Source: Laetmonice hystrix
Lineage: Eukaryota
DNA length: 60,000 nt
Direction of reading: 5' to 3'
Assembly (NCBI GenBank): GCA_965235115.1
Contig: OZ249436.1
Span: forward strand, 35,156,001 to 35,216,000
Shown here: one piece after another, positions 45,650 to 60,000 of the stretch
Layout: each line of letters starts with the position of its first letter
Numbering within the stretch: the first letter of the stretch is position 1
Made by a program: the position numbers and the translations under genes
The notes under the pieces: generated by a model
What the model saw: only the letters and a program-made list of their open reading frames with translations
What the model was told of the DNA's origin: nothing
Database searches by the model: none

Positions 45650-48114
45650 GTAAGTAAAAAGCATACGAACATGTAAATCAAGAAGACATCAACTCATTGA
45701 CAATAAAGGGGGAAGACAAAAAGTCGGTTAAGTAAAAAGCATGCGAACATAGGAGTTTATCCAAGGAGGCTGAAATTCCAGGAAGATTAAGTTTAAAAGC
45801 GCTCTGCAGGCATTCCTAATTTATTGCATCATTTTTGTGTGGGAATCTTATCAGAGACGAACACTTGAAATGTATCTGCCTATGCGTAGAATTAAGATTG
45901 GGCGCCTTTTCTATTTTTAAAAATGCCACTGAGAGAAAACGTATATTCTCATGGGGCATGTTAAAGTAATATTACTCAATGACTCTGGCGGAGTCGGGTA
46001 TGCGAGGGTGAGTCGGGGGAGCGCGAAGCCAAACAACCGTGTAATGTCAGGCCGACACTGTCGTCTGCAAAGCTCTCGCCAGTGGCTCTGTAAATTAGGA
46101 GTCGCCAGTTTGGTGACCCCCGACAGCTTGCCGAGACATCCGGGACTGCACCTTGCCCCTCGGGCAACCGATCCTTTATTGGGGTGACGTCAATCTGACG
46201 TTTTGATAGGCACAGGTGTGCTCAGAGCTTGCCTCCCTGTGCGCACCCTACTTTTTAGATTTACCTATACATGTATGTATTTGAAAGCGCGAAGCAGCGT
46301 GTTCCAGTTTACACTTTCCAGCGATATATATTATATATATCAGCATGACAAAGAACACATTGTTAATGCTATAGGGTGATGCATGGTGGATAATAATAGT
46401 AGTTACAAAAAGTCGTCGGGTATACGTTCGAGAATTTGTTTTATTTATGTTTTTCAATTAATTTATTTAGTCACATATATTTATTGGCGTGTTAGGGATG
46501 TGGGTGTTATTCCGTCAGCCAAGAGACAATCCATTTGTCAGTATCGAATGACACCCGGCGAGTGTGATTGTCCACCCGAGTATGAAGCGATGACTGACAT
46601 TATTGCAGTATCCAGGCTTCGATAATGTTTAACCCCATAACTGAAGAAAACTCAACAAATATTAGGAACGCTCATCATATATGTTCAACTTGTATTTCAT
46701 GGCACCGAAAGTATAACACAGCAAGATCTAGTCGATGAGTCCATTTTATATAGGATCTATGTTGATCGAAATAATCCGAGGGACAGAAAGGGGTTGTAAC
46801 CGATTCAATTCATTGCAGGGTATAGTAGCACATTACACATAGGGGCAGCTCACCTCTGGCCATCGCAATGAAACAATTGAAGCGTCTAACAAGTATTATG
46901 GAGAGTCAATGGGATGTGGGAGTGAGGTGACGGTGGCTGGCTGAGTGAGACAGCTAGAGCGGAACCTCTCTCTCTCTCTCTCACCATGAACGTGTCTCAC
47001 AGAGTCCCAGTGATGTATTACCGACCTTTGTGTATACCTTTAAACTGTCTGAACATTATGAACGAGAGAATAGCGCAATCAACAACAGAAGACAAGCTCA
47101 GAGTGACGTGGAATGGGAGGGGTGAGCCAATGGAAGGCTCATAGTTAATGTATTTCGTCATGTATGAGTGTATGCATGTTCCATTCGTGCATACTAAATC
47201 CGTTTTATTATAATACTGAATAGCAATGAAAACGCATAGGTCTAAATGGTAGGATGGATAGTTTTGGTTGAGAACAGAAACGTTGTTTTCTGAGTAAAGT
47301 CTATTCCGTTGAATTTCCAATACTGACCTGGCTTCTGGTCAAATATCAAATGTGACTGTTCTTTTCAAATAAATATTTGAGCTAAATTTCCAGCCTATAC
47401 GTTTTCATTGCCGTTCAGTATTAGGTTTACATCTATAGTGCTTCCCTTTCAGCTATAGCGTTTGTCATGTCTGCTTGCAGCACTCATTTTGTCATTTAGG
47501 CGCAGTGGCTTCTATTCATCCTTTGACTTCTGATTGCATCTGTTACAAGTTATCATTGCAGTATAATCTGAACATGACAACTTGATGTGAATACTCTGCC
47601 ATGCAGTACTCGTGTTTACATGCGGTCGCCTTGTCCTGTAGGTATTTACATCCACTGCTGTTCCTCCCAGCTGCGTTAAGTATATGTTGTACGATCGTTT
47701 TCCTTACCACAGCAGGGGGAGTACGGTGAATCGGACATATACCTGTCTGTTGTGGACAACGCAATATAAAATAGAAGAGAGCGGCTCAAACAGGTGTTGC
47801 TATTTGTCACTGTCTTATTGTTGAGTCACGTGCGAGGAGGAGGTCGGCTGGCCACACATGAAGCCGAGCTGTCATGGAAGGAGAGAATGGGGTGACGGGG
47901 ATTAAAATTAACACTTATACGGTACGTCAGACGTAGCATTTAACTCTTTGTCGTCCTTACACTAGCAACATGATGCATCCCCACATGCAGTATATAGGCC
48001 TATTAATGGGCTTTTCATGATAGTTTTTCCCCTACTAATCCTGAATGTTTGTATCTCTGTTGGTATATAATTATCGACACGATACTTGGAGAGACCTCTC
48101 AGTAAACACCAACT

Positions 48115-48196
48115 ACTCACTCACTCACCCACTCACTCACTCACTCACTCACTCACTCACTCACTCACTCACTCACTCACTCACTCACCCACCCAC
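48115..48196. repeat. (ACTC)n microsatellite
   Basis: Directly visible. Confidence 0.95.
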
Positions 48197-50127
48197 CAGA
48201 CTTACATTAAATGGGACAAACGGTTTAACCTTTTCTCAGCTCCTTGGTATTGTCTGCACGGCATGCAGAGTCATTGTACCATAACAACATTACAAATTGT
48301 TTCCTGCTACTTGACTCTATACATCGGCAAGGTGTTACTGACCCCAGACCGGTCCTGGCCTAAGGTCCCGGCCCGCTACAATGCCCTGTCGGGGTCGTCC
48401 TTAGAAAGTCCCTCTGAATCCACCAACAGTAGCTTGGACGAAAAGACTTCGTATAACCCTTTAAACTTTGCAGGAGCGAAAGTAGCACGCGATCAGCTTA
48501 CCTATACCCGCAAGGTGTTGCTTGGTGTCGCCGAGGCTTCCCTGTCGGTATAAAGGATGGGTGGTCGTGTGTCGAGATGTTGGCAGCCGGGTTGACAGGC
48601 ACGCTGGTTTCGGAGAAGTTGTTCGATCCTAGAGTCCCACAACCGGCTTACAAGACATTGGATGTCAGTGAGCAGACTAGGCCGTAGCTTGCTTGCCTAG
48701 ATAATTATAATTATCATGTGTGTTAGGTTTGGTCCTTGCAACATGACCCCAAGGATGTTACTGCAGCACCTTCCGACGTAATCCGAACCTCGCTTGTCGT
48801 GTCAACTTTCCTAAGTCATAATAAGTGGCTAACACGAAGATGTATAAGAAAACGACATAAGTCATGAAACAGAATCAGATACCGTTTAAGGCTCCTGCGC
48901 TGTGTGATTCACTTCGTCCATATTATACCGTGTATTATAGTTAGTAAGTAATAGAACCCGTCACAGCATTGGTCGATGGGTGATTTCTATACGCCGTCAT
49001 CTGCTGGCACAATGACCAATCGATAGTTTCCTGTCCCATGGTCGTCGAAACACTTGCCAAATCCCTTCCACTCTTTACCCCCTCTCCGTCCAATCCTGTA
49101 ATGGAACGATGTGCCAAGGCTGGCTACTCACCAAGGTTTAATCAAATATTTGTTTGCGGTTTGTTTGAAGGAGCCAAAGTGTCTGCGATAGTAAATATTA
49201 CCGGGGAAGTACAAATATATAATACAATTTGCTGTTAAACGCCAAGAGAGAACGCTTAACGCCTATGTAGGTTAGGTATAATAGTCTATAGGTCAATTAA
49301 TATTGGTCATTAGCTGAATGTGCAATTAACGTCCTGGCCGAAAAAGCGCAAGTGTCATGATGTAATAATCGATTACCAATGGCGACACACCCAGCCTCAC
49401 TATTTCACGCACGTATCATGAATGCACGCCAAACGTGATACTAATAGATCTATTTCACCAATATAACATTAGGCCTATATTTTTGTACACACACACATAA
49501 TCTTTTACAAGGGGAGGGATAATTTGAAGAAAAGAACCTTAATATCGGCGCCCAGTGCGTGTGTTTACTAAAGTCTGCGTGGACTGTAGCGGGCCACAAG
49601 GTGTACCGGAATGTAGTACAATGTAGCGATTTACCGACATGTCACCAACTCAAAGAAACCGTAATCGATGCCATCCCTGTCGCTACGTGCGAAATAGTTC
49701 TGTGCTAGAACCAGTGCGACTTAATGGGCAGTGAACCTAAAGAGTAAGTGATAAATAAGAATTACACCATGGAGCAGACGTGTAGGCGTGTGGACCCCCT
49801 GCCGAGACCCTGATGCCATCCGAAGGTAGGTTATTCATGTGTAAGACGTCCCTAGGTCAAAGCGGACTTCCCTGCCCTTTGTAGTCATTATTATTTATAG
49901 CTTACCATGCATACACGTTCAGTCGGCGCTTTTAGTGAATAGGCCAAGGGTCGACATTGACCACACCGTATACCATCAATTTCTATTAACGTTGGCAAAG
50001 CAGACATATGTCACTGAAGACATATTCCGAGGCTGAGGAATTACAAAAAAAAATACACAAGGGTTCTTTACCAAAGATTTTCCGCCTTGACCGTGGATAA
50101 AGGCCTACAAGTGAGAGTATACAATGA

Positions 50128-50697
50128 AACCGCATGAAGGATATGGTTTGTGGTATATCAAAGGTAGCCAGGATCTTCATGGAGAACCGCATAAAGGATA
50201 TGGTTTGTGGTATATCAAAGGTAGCCAGGATCTCCATGGAGAGCCGCATGAAGTATATGGTTTGTGGTATATCAAAGGTATCCAGGATCTCCATGGAGAA
50301 CCGCATGAAGGATGTGGTTTGTGGTATATCAAAGGTAGCCAGGATCTCCATGGAGAACCGCATGAAGGATATGGCTTGTGGTATATCAAAGGTAGCCAGG
50401 ATCTCCATGGAGAACCGCATGAAGGATATGGTTTGTGGTATATCAAAGGTAGCCAGGATCTCCATGGAGAACCGCATGAATGATGTGGTTTGTGGTATAT
50501 CAAAGGTAGCCAGGATCTCCATGGAGAACCGCATGAAGGATATGGTTTGTGGTATATCAAAGGTAGCCAGGATCTCCATGGAGAACCGCATGAAGGACAT
50601 GGCTTGTGGTATATCAAAGGTAGCCAGGATCTCCATGGAGAACCGCATGAAGGACATGGCTTGTGGTATATCAAAGGTAGCCAGGATCTCCATGGAG
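50128..50697 (+). repeat. 57-bp minisatellite, 10 copies
   Basis: Unit AACCGCATGAAGGATATGGTTTGTGGTATATCAAAGGTAGCCAGGATCTCCATGGAG, constant length. Confidence 0.97.
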
Positions 50698-53468
50698 AGG
50701 GAAATATTGAATAGGCCTAGTAGTAACCTGCATACCTTTATGAGTGCATGTACCTGTATTACCTTAGGCATATTTCTCAAAAACGGTATTAGTGTGGAGA
50801 TACCCGACGAAGAACTAGACTACAACTAGAAATCGAACCCATGCAGCCTTCTTTCACGTGTTTAAGAGAAGAATTATGGGTCATCTTCACATTGAGCAGA
50901 AAATAGAGATACAGTCAGTCTTCGTCAGTCCTTTCCTCTTAACTTGTATACCTCACAATCCGAGCACAAGCCCCGAATGTTTCACAATTCGAGTATATTT
51001 TAGTGGCCATGTTCGGATAAACGAGGCGTGACTGTATCTGCAAAATTAATGTGCATTAAAATTATTTCCAAATACACGATGAACCTACCTTTCAGGAGTT
51101 GGCTTCAGTCCTCGAATCGTCGGCGAAACCGTTGGCAGGAGGTTTTATGGAATTCACAGAGGATATGGAACGTGAACATGTAAGCTAAAGGGCAAAAGTG
51201 GCATGTTGTAATTCTTTACCAGTCATTCCACTTCTCAACTCCAATGTAACCCTTTCTTCAGTGTCGAAGGCGCGGAAGGAACCGGTCCCTTCAGGAGGGT
51301 AATTACAAATCTAAATTTGGGATAATGATGTACGGTAGCACCACAACGACTAATAACAACCCCCAAACACACACTTTTGTTGATGTTTTGCTATCCCGTC
51401 TCGTGTTGAGTGCCTCTATAGGCTTCGGTCCTTTCACAAGAAAAAAGGTCTTGCCGTGAAAAAGTGGTATTTTTATATGACCTTGTCATATGCCATAGCA
51501 TGCGTACGCATGTCTCGTCCCATGCACTGCCGCCCTGACGAACACCCCCCCCACCACCACCACCACCACCACCACCTTTTAGGCCTACTGTATATCGACC
51601 CAGGAAGGAAGTATAGTTTCAGTTGATTTTACACTTTAGGTTATTATGTCGTAAATGGGTGTGAAATGAGCGCTTTCCTATCTCCGTTTCATTTTTTCAC
51701 TTTCTCTCTCCCCAGTCTCTTTAGACGTAATTTATCGTAATACAAAGGAGATCATGAGAAGAATATGAAGATCCCCCCCCCCCGGCCCCGGTTACAAGCT
51801 GTTAGCACACCTTCATTCTGGTGCGGGGGGGGGGGGGGTAAACGTTTCAGTATGAAGAGGAATCGATTATGACGTTATCGAACGCCCACACACTCCGGTC
51901 AGACCAAATACTCGCTGGTTTTCCACCCAGTGCATGAAGAGAAGTCCGGCGTGGAATCGGTGGATCCTATACCACCCGTTCACATATGTCTCTCGTCCCA
52001 CGCATTTTATCTCAGGAGTGCATAGACCTTTCAAACCACAGACGTAAGTATACGGCGCGAATGGAAGCCTTAACTCTTGTTTGCCCAGCTTCAGTGTGAG
52101 TGAATACTTGGGCAAGAAGGCTTGTAGAGACCGGCTCTTTCAAACACCATCCATCATTCTGTCTGGCAGCAGTTATTTCTTAGTTTGCTGTATTGGATTA
52201 TTAGCCCTCCAGCCTGAACTCCACGAACGAGTCACGGTTGCCAAGTGAATCCGGCCAGTGTCACTTTAGGTTTCCAGATCAAACCAGTTATTTGCCACCT
52301 GGAGCGGCATTGCGCGACCGAGTTGGTGAGAAAAGGTTGAGCTGTCAGATCTACAGACGGTTTATTGTCATTCCATTTAGAGGGTATGTACTCTGAACGT
52401 GCTGTTTCCCTGGTTCAACTATAAGAGTCGCTTTAACTTTGTCATTAAAACAACTCATACACTCGCAAATTCAAACAAATTTGTCCATCTTCTCTAGAAT
52501 TCTGTTTAAATCAGAAGAATAAGTCACCTGATAGCAGGTCCACCCTACAAATCTCTTAGAATAAAAACGGTAAATTTTACAGTGCAATTTTTTGACATAT
52601 TTGTTTCTGAGCACGCAATACATTCGTCCTTCAAAGGCCAACTTGATTGCCCTGGAATTATATTTAAAATGTACGCGCAGGTGCTTTAAACAAATTCAGG
52701 ATACCAACGCGTGAAGCCAAAAGTGTGGCCAATTAGAGATTTGTACGTATTTTTGAGGATCACTCGAGTGTTATTGCCTTTATTTATATCGAATGAGTCC
52801 TGCTACTTGGAGACATCCATCTCCGACAGAGACCACCGAGTACGGGGATAATTCATATTCATGGTTAACGATAAGTTTTCACTTGAAAAAGAAAATTGTG
52901 TGACACGCGTACGGGTAGAAAAGGGTCTGAGACAAGCCCATCAAACATTCTATTTCTTTTAGGATCCTTTACTCGAGGTGTACTTATCAAAGGCACTTTG
53001 CCGTCCAATAATAGAGTGGCCCTTCTGGAGTGAGACGTTTGTGTTGGCTGGTATCGTAGCACGGAGCTGTGAGAGAGTTGTGCTCTGGTGTGTATTGAAG
53101 AGGAAGGTTTGTCTCTGATTGTAAACACGACGAGCGATAGATTACCCTTATCTGTACGGCAACACCTCCCTTGTAGAAAATAAGAAAATTCACTTGTTTT
53201 TAATTCCAAAGATACCTTAGCTTATGGAATTTCCCACACATCTATCAAGCCACTAATTAGTAAAATTGCAGAATTCGTTAAAGCACAAAACGTTTGTTCC
53301 AACGTCGGCAATAATTAAAGAATGCAACTCTCATTGGGGATGATCGGCCTCGAACTGACTCGGTAGAGATATCCTCGATTGGGCATTAATCTATCACGAT
53401 AACCTGTGGGTCTGGTTTTATTAACTGAACGGTGGAGAATCCCACTTTATGACACATAAACAACTATC

Positions 53469-53600
<132 letters not shown>

Positions 53601-54746
53601 ATTATCTGATGCATCATCGTATTTGATTGCATTAATAAACAAAAGAAAAAATAAACTGACCGAAAATAGTACTATATTACTTGGTGACCGCGCATGCGTG
53701 AACTGAAGAGACTTATTGTGTGTTGTCATGCCAACCGATGATCAAGGGACGACTACTCGCCGCCATAACACAGAATCATGATGTATGTGATTTCCGCCCC
53801 ATCGAATGATTACAAACGTCGTAATCGTGTAGCCACGCTGATTGGATGATCCCAGTTCGTCAACATCCAATCGGGACAAATCTGACTAGTTTCTGCATGG
53901 AGCACAAGAACAGAAACTCTAACGCAAACAATGCGTTAAGATTTAAATCGGTTTAATCAAACGGAAACTAAATCTTTGATTTCATTTTGCTTTTCCTGCG
54001 GGCAATACTCAGAGTAAAAGAGATTACTCAGAGTAAAAGAGATCTCAAAATGAAAGCTAACGGCGCGTGCAGAAAGAAGCACGAGGGCATCGTATTTGCA
54101 TCATTCCTGCATAAATTTTCTCCTGTATAAATTAAATATCATCACTTACGCTATGCCCTAGGTACATCCTCTAGTTTTCATGGTAGGATTTATTGTGGTG
54201 CTCGCGCGTGTATAATGTGATCTATGCGCCAGTCGGACATCACTTCCAATTTAATCGGCACACAGCACTGACGGTCGCCAATAAAATCCTCCATGATGCA
54301 TTATAAATACACCGCCTGGAGTAGGCAAGTATATCTTCCCGGGCAGTACACGATTGATAAGAGCCTAACTCTAAGGTCACGGGTGACCTGTGAGGGTAAT
54401 GCCATTTCAGCCTGTGAGGCCCGCCCCAACATCTGGCTAGGATCAGGACCGCGATCTAGTTCAGTACCTGGCCTATGATGTATTAAGTGCTAAACATCCA
54501 CGTCTTCTTCCTACTTGATCTTGACCAGGAATTCATAACGCAGCGTTCGCTGAGGGACAGGGCACGTGATAAACACTGGAGTCTGCACCTGCACGTGCAT
54601 TCTGTCATATCGTTCCTCCACTCAAGGGTTTTGGTCGATGGAGAGGTGGCCGTAGTTTTTACCGAGTGTCTTTAGCTTAGTGGTTACAAAAAGGCAAAGG
54701 TGTAAAACAACAGAGATTCATTTTATATGCCTCTGAGACTCGGCCT

Positions 54747-55082
54747 CAATCGGAACGACCGAGCCATTTCCGGTTTACTTTGCTTTTGGGTAATAGACTC
54801 GGATAGTGAAAGTGTAGAAATTTTACGGATATTTAACGGGAATCGGTCGGATGTGGGGTGTGGTCTCTGATCATTATCAACATCAGTTGGTGAAAAGTTG
54901 TTTATATGCACACAACACCTTAAACAGTTTGACAATCGACTGCACTAAATTTTCTACCGGCCGGATCAGAGACCACACCACACATCCGGCGGATTCAGGT
55001 TGAATGCCCGTCAAATTTCTACACTATCCGAGTCTATTTCCCGAAAGTAAGTAAACCGGAAATGGCTCGTTCGTTCCGATTG
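54747..55082. mobile_element. Mutator (MULE)-like fold-back MITE with 9-bp TSD
   Basis: About 125-bp TIRs: CAATCGGAACGACCGAGCCATTTCCGGTTTAC pairs with GTAAACCGGAAATGGCTCGTTCGTTCCGATTG. A perfect ACTCGGCCT lies on both sides (54738-54746, 55083-55091). Confidence 0.92.
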
Positions 55083-57816
55083 ACTCGGCCTGTGCCGTGT
55101 TTAAGAGTAGATTGCCAGTTCGAGAGCCGACTATACAAGATTATGAGGCATTAGATTTTCACATTAATGTCTCAAGGAAGTCGGTCATAATGGTCTATAT
55201 TGTGTCATATTGCTTGAATTCAGTGTAAATTATTTATACAGTACTCTCGCTGGAAAACGCCAAGAGGACTCAGAAACATTAGTTCTTATAATGCCTTACA
55301 AACTGCTCCTTTAGAACTGAAAAAACGCCTCCTTCGAAACTGCCGAACATCAATATCGCGAGGAGACTGGTGGAGCTCCCCTCAATAGATCTAAAGATGG
55401 GATTGGTGGTGCCGCACTGGTTGTATTGGTGTAACCGTTACTTCTTCCAATGCTAACAATACTTTCATGGTCCGATTCGTCTTAAAGTCGTTGGTGCCAG
55501 TGATAACCACTGATGATGATGGCGATAATGACCATGGCAGGTGATAACTGTATGTTGGAGAGATAACGCCGCAGTGTATTATAGTGTCGATGGAACATCA
55601 TGTTTAGTGTTTACAATGTTAGGATTGGCCTATGGACTGCCCTGAAGGCAGTTTTACTAATTTATCAATGATGCCCTCGAAGGCTGGTATAGTCGCCCAG
55701 CAGTTCGACGCTGCAGACGGGGCCTGCGTTCCCCCCATTACACGCCACGTTTACGCAAACCGTATCGTTCCACCAGAGTCCCACTGGAGCCATCAGCATT
55801 CATTGATTCCTCTCAAACCCTTCCGTCTCTAACAAAATACAAGACAAATGCACTTGTTTTTCTCCAACCTTCGCCTGGCGAACCTTTTCTGCTTGAGTTC
55901 CCCTTTCTTTCCACACGCCCGAGAAAATGCAGCTACCGCGAAAACAAGGGGGCGTTTTTGGAGGCCTCATCTATCTCCTTGTCCTCGGAGAGGGTAGAGG
56001 TCTTGCCTTGCCCAGGGAGCGGCACAACCAGGCGTCACGTCGACATGAACCGGGCGGCAGCAACCGTTCCCTCAGCGGGGGAAATGCTCATCATGTCGCC
56101 AGCCACGTCGCCCCACTCTTTCCCGATTACCTTGGTGGCAAACAGTATCAACTGTAGGGGAAGGAAGACAGATCTCTGCACTCTTGAGATTCAAGTGCTT
56201 TCTCAAAGTCGTCACTTTCCGACGACCTCTGTGATCCCCCCCAAGACCGGCAACGTGCGGGAGTGGATGCGGAACGCTGTGGTTTGTAAACTGCACACGT
56301 GTGTCAATAACGTAACCCGTGCGTATAACGTCGTCTGTTCTAGGCCAACCTCTGCAGACAGGAAAGGACTTTGGTGTCTTCGTCACTGGGGTTATTTCAT
56401 ATGGGTCGGCTCTCTACGCGGAAGACAATATTCGTCACCATCATGCAGGCGAAAATTGACCCTTTCTTCACGTGCCACATGGCGTCATAGGCCTACCTTA
56501 CCGATTGCCAAGTCCCTGGGCAAACACTGAACTTCAAATGGTGTGTTTTACCTGAAGCCGATATATAGACTGCACAAAACATAACGCGACTATGAATAAT
56601 GTAATTTTTGAAGAGACTTTATCTGTCTGATCGCACTACAGCACCGAATCTTTCTCTGTTTTGTTGCTTGCCTATATCAGGCTGGTCTTATGACCGATCA
56701 CGGAGTATCCACTACTGTTCAGATGGAAGTGAAAATGTGCTTTAATGCTTACTTGTCTTAACTAGGCTGAATTCTGTTACACTTCCTTTAACCACTCAAG
56801 GAAGAACGCCATGCTAGGCGATTGTTGTGGAAATAAAAAAATAAAAAATTGTTTTACACGTCATTGTAGCCTCGAAAAAAACGTCAGATCAAAATGGAAA
56901 TCATTTTAACCAAATTGAACGGTTCCGATAGTTTTGGAAAATGGCCAGTTTTAAAATATAAAGTAGATAGAGCGAGTTAATGGGATCCAGACTCCTGCCC
57001 CGCCCATCTATGCATGTGTGTGGGTCCTATCTCCTAGACGTGCGCATTACTTGAGGGCCGTTACAAGCTTTCAGAATATTGCGTTCAATACTGCTTCCAT
57101 TTCCGTATATTCTCAGGCCATGTGACCTATCGAGATCAGCAAGATAGATTATGGATGATTGGTAGTTCTGACGGCCAACTGCTCCCTTGTGTTGGGAATC
57201 GGGCCATTTGTTTGAGATAGAGCTGCGATACATGGCCAGGCGATGTCCCTCGGCGCACGTTCCGCAATGAAGGCGTCACACACACACACAACCTCACGGC
57301 ATGGAGGCTTTCTCATCCGGCATAAGACGTCACCTAGAAATAACCGCGGGAGGTGGAAAGTTTTAATTTCAATCGGTGTGATATCCTGGTGTCTCGCGGT
57401 TTTTGTCCAATCTCGGGGGTCCCGGTCATAATGTTGCCGCCTTCCTGATACACCATCACTGTTAAAAATCCCTTGTCCCGATTCCCGGAACAAGATTTTA
57501 GGTCATCCTGAGGTACCCCGGGCCCCCTTTGGTAAGAATGTTATTAATCTAGACTTGTATACAGACGATTTGTATAAATATAAGACGTACAGTGGTGATT
57601 TCGGTTGAACGAGGGATCTATAGAAAGGAGGGACAGGCTCAAGAGACACGTTATCCCTGGAAGATTGAAAGTATCGGGACATTGGCATTAATATAGAGGC
57701 CTTCTGAGGAGTACCTTTGGAAAAAAGAAAAGCGAAATAGCATTCCTGCGATCTAGTAGACATATATGTATCTAATATGTAAACATGACTGAAAACCAAG
57801 ATTTATCTTAGTCGAA

Positions 57817-57991
57817 TAGAAACTTGGAATCCACTATATATGTGCGGATAGGTTGTAAGAATAACGTTTTTGTCCCATAGAAACTTGGAATCCACTATGT
57901 GCGAATAGATTGTAAGAATAACGTTTTTGTCCCATAGAAACTTGGAATCCACTATATGTGCGGATAGGTTGTAAGAATAACGTTTTTGCCC
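57817..57991 (+). repeat. 57-61-bp tandem repeat, 3 copies
   Basis: Unit TAGAAACTTGGAATCCACT(AT)nGTGCGGATAGGTTGTAAGAATAACGTTTTTGTCCCA. Confidence 0.93.
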
Positions 57992-60000
57992 GTAAGGGCC
58001 GACATAAATACGAGAAATACGAGAAACCTTAACTAATCTTTTTTCAAACCCATAACGAATAGGCCTAATTAAGTTAAAAAACATATGTTTACATACACCG
58101 CATATCAGATTATAATATATGACCTCCGTATTCATATGTCAGCCAACCTATTTTTTGTATGTGCTCGGTCACGCATGTTTACCTAGGCCTAGACGGACAC
58201 CTGGATAAATGTAAACGTTTACATCGCGAGTCGCACAGCATCTGTAAAGGCCTAAAACCGAGCGCGTGTGATGTCGACGTTATTGTGGTACGGAAACTGT
58301 AAATCTATCGATTAAAAGTTTAAAGGGTCCACTCCGAGGCCTCACTGGCACAGAATTAACTACGTCTGTCTCCGTAAATACTATTGGCAGACATATAGGA
58401 CTTTTTTCGGATAACATTAACTGTGGTCGATGTCATGATATCATATCTGAAAATATTTTTGTCGAAATCCATCATTCAAAAAGTTCCGTCGTTGTTCTTT
58501 TCTTATGGTCGTGCCAGATTAGACTGGAAAGCATCTAATATATCTATAGCGCAGAGCTAGTTTTCACTTTGGTTTCCAATAGTATTAGGGACAGAACATT
58601 TAACAGGTGATCCCGGACATCCCCAGGCCATACCCATATACCATCTGTCACCTGGCTGGGCGTTGGTATGTTACGTTAGTTCCCCTAACAACCGTTAGGA
58701 CCCCTTAACGGATCCGTCCAAAAATAGATCTATCCCTCTTCTAAAGTGAAAGGGATGTAGTACAGAATATTGGCATCAACAAACTCCGACAACCAAAGCT
58801 GTGCATGGCCTTGTACGTTAGCATAAAAGTGTCGTCTGATCCCCTCTCAAGTAGAAAGTAGCCACAAGTCTAGAGTAGAGGGGGTTGATAGCTATACTGC
58901 GTTCCTAAATCATCGTCTAAAAGGCCTGCCCTTCCGTTAAAGACTGGACAATGCGAACCAACACTGGCTGAAGTCTCGAGGCTTTGAGCTGCGGGAGAGA
59001 GTGAAGGGGCATGTATGGCTTGGTGTGTGACCAATCATCTCGCGTGTTTCTTCTCACAAATAGGTGCCTGAGGCTGCCACACGCTTTTCTTTTGCGCAGT
59101 CTCGTAAAATATCCCACTGACCCCCGGCACTGACAGATAACAGTCCGTCCTTCGCACCATAAATGCAGATAGTGTCCAAATAAAGTAACCAGAAAGTCAA
59201 GAATGACTCTCCCCAACCGCAAAGTTAACCTCTGCTCGGAGGCTTTGGGGGGAAGGCACCACGCAAACAGCTTTGGCTGTTCGACGTATCGGGAATATCA
59301 ACAAGGCCTACACGTAAATCACAACACCCGTGGACGGAGCAACTATCTAAACACAGGAACTGCTTCCGTAAACTGCCAAAGGCGGTCATTTCCTAAGTCG
59401 CTGTACTTCGACATACAAATTAGATGTGTAGCTGCTTAACAAAAGGCGTCATTTCGCCCCGAGATATCGCTTTTAGCATTGCTGATGTATTTTCGTGTAA
59501 CCGACACAAACACCCCGCCGACCACACAGGGATCAACAAAACAAAGTCGGACGCAGACATAAACCTACCAATCTACGTACCAATACATACCTACACATGG
59601 ACTTCATCTACATAGACCTATACACACTTATACATGCACGCATACACACACATACGTACCTTACTTACATGCATACTATCAGTGACCACCGATACTTGCA
59701 CATGAACGTATGTGAATATCATTATACAAATAGGCCTATAGGGGAGACGAAACATGATGCCCTGGCTACACATGGAACACCTTCTTCCTGATAATCAGCA
59801 GGCGACAAATTAGCCGCTTTGAGAGGTCCGATATATGATCAGACCTAGACGACGTCTGTGTAAGGTAAGACGACGACGTGGGTTTCACAGACAGCACGTC
59901 TCCGATACAGATACCTGCAGCTTCATGTACAGAATCTAAAGATCGTCAGGCCCTTGGTAAATGTGTCGGGTCGGCTGAGACGGATGCACAACTCCCTCGC

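Noticed and set aside
55927..56530. 190-aa ORF and overlapping ORFs
   Set aside because: No recognisable domain, no ATG at the listed start and no convincing splice-site pair.

Overview
Repeat-rich animal genomic DNA, most likely a non-arthropod invertebrate (spliceosomal GT-AG introns, TTAGGG-like motifs inside elements, many DNA-transposon MITEs). No prokaryotic features, CRISPR array, rRNA or tRNA are supported. Two spliced + strand genes can be assembled by hand with phase-consistent GT-AG junctions. (1) A 3-exon, 143-aa three-finger (Ly6/uPAR, quiver/sleepless-like) protein with signal peptide and putative GPI tail: 7031-7088, 14634-14762, 17774-18018. It is not visible as a unit in the ORF track. 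(2) An 8-exon, about 796-aa Y-family DNA polymerase iota (POLI), 33615-42277, with intact catalytic motifs, a PIP-like box, two UBMs and an extra PIP-like C-terminal motif. The rest is non-autonomous DNA transposons (Tc1/mariner, hAT-, Harbinger-, Kolobok-, CACTA-, Mutator-, Sola-, Academ- and Helentron-like, several nested), minisatellites and microsatellites. Most long ORFs in the track are repeat artefacts. The least explained parts are an antisense, splice-site-bearing, CRE-motif-rich segment in POLI intron 7, a 2.3-kb TIR element with gene-like fragments beside a RecQ-helicase remnant, and a probable first exon of a third gene at about 45.6 kb. Family assignments rest on motifs recognised by eye; no database search was run.
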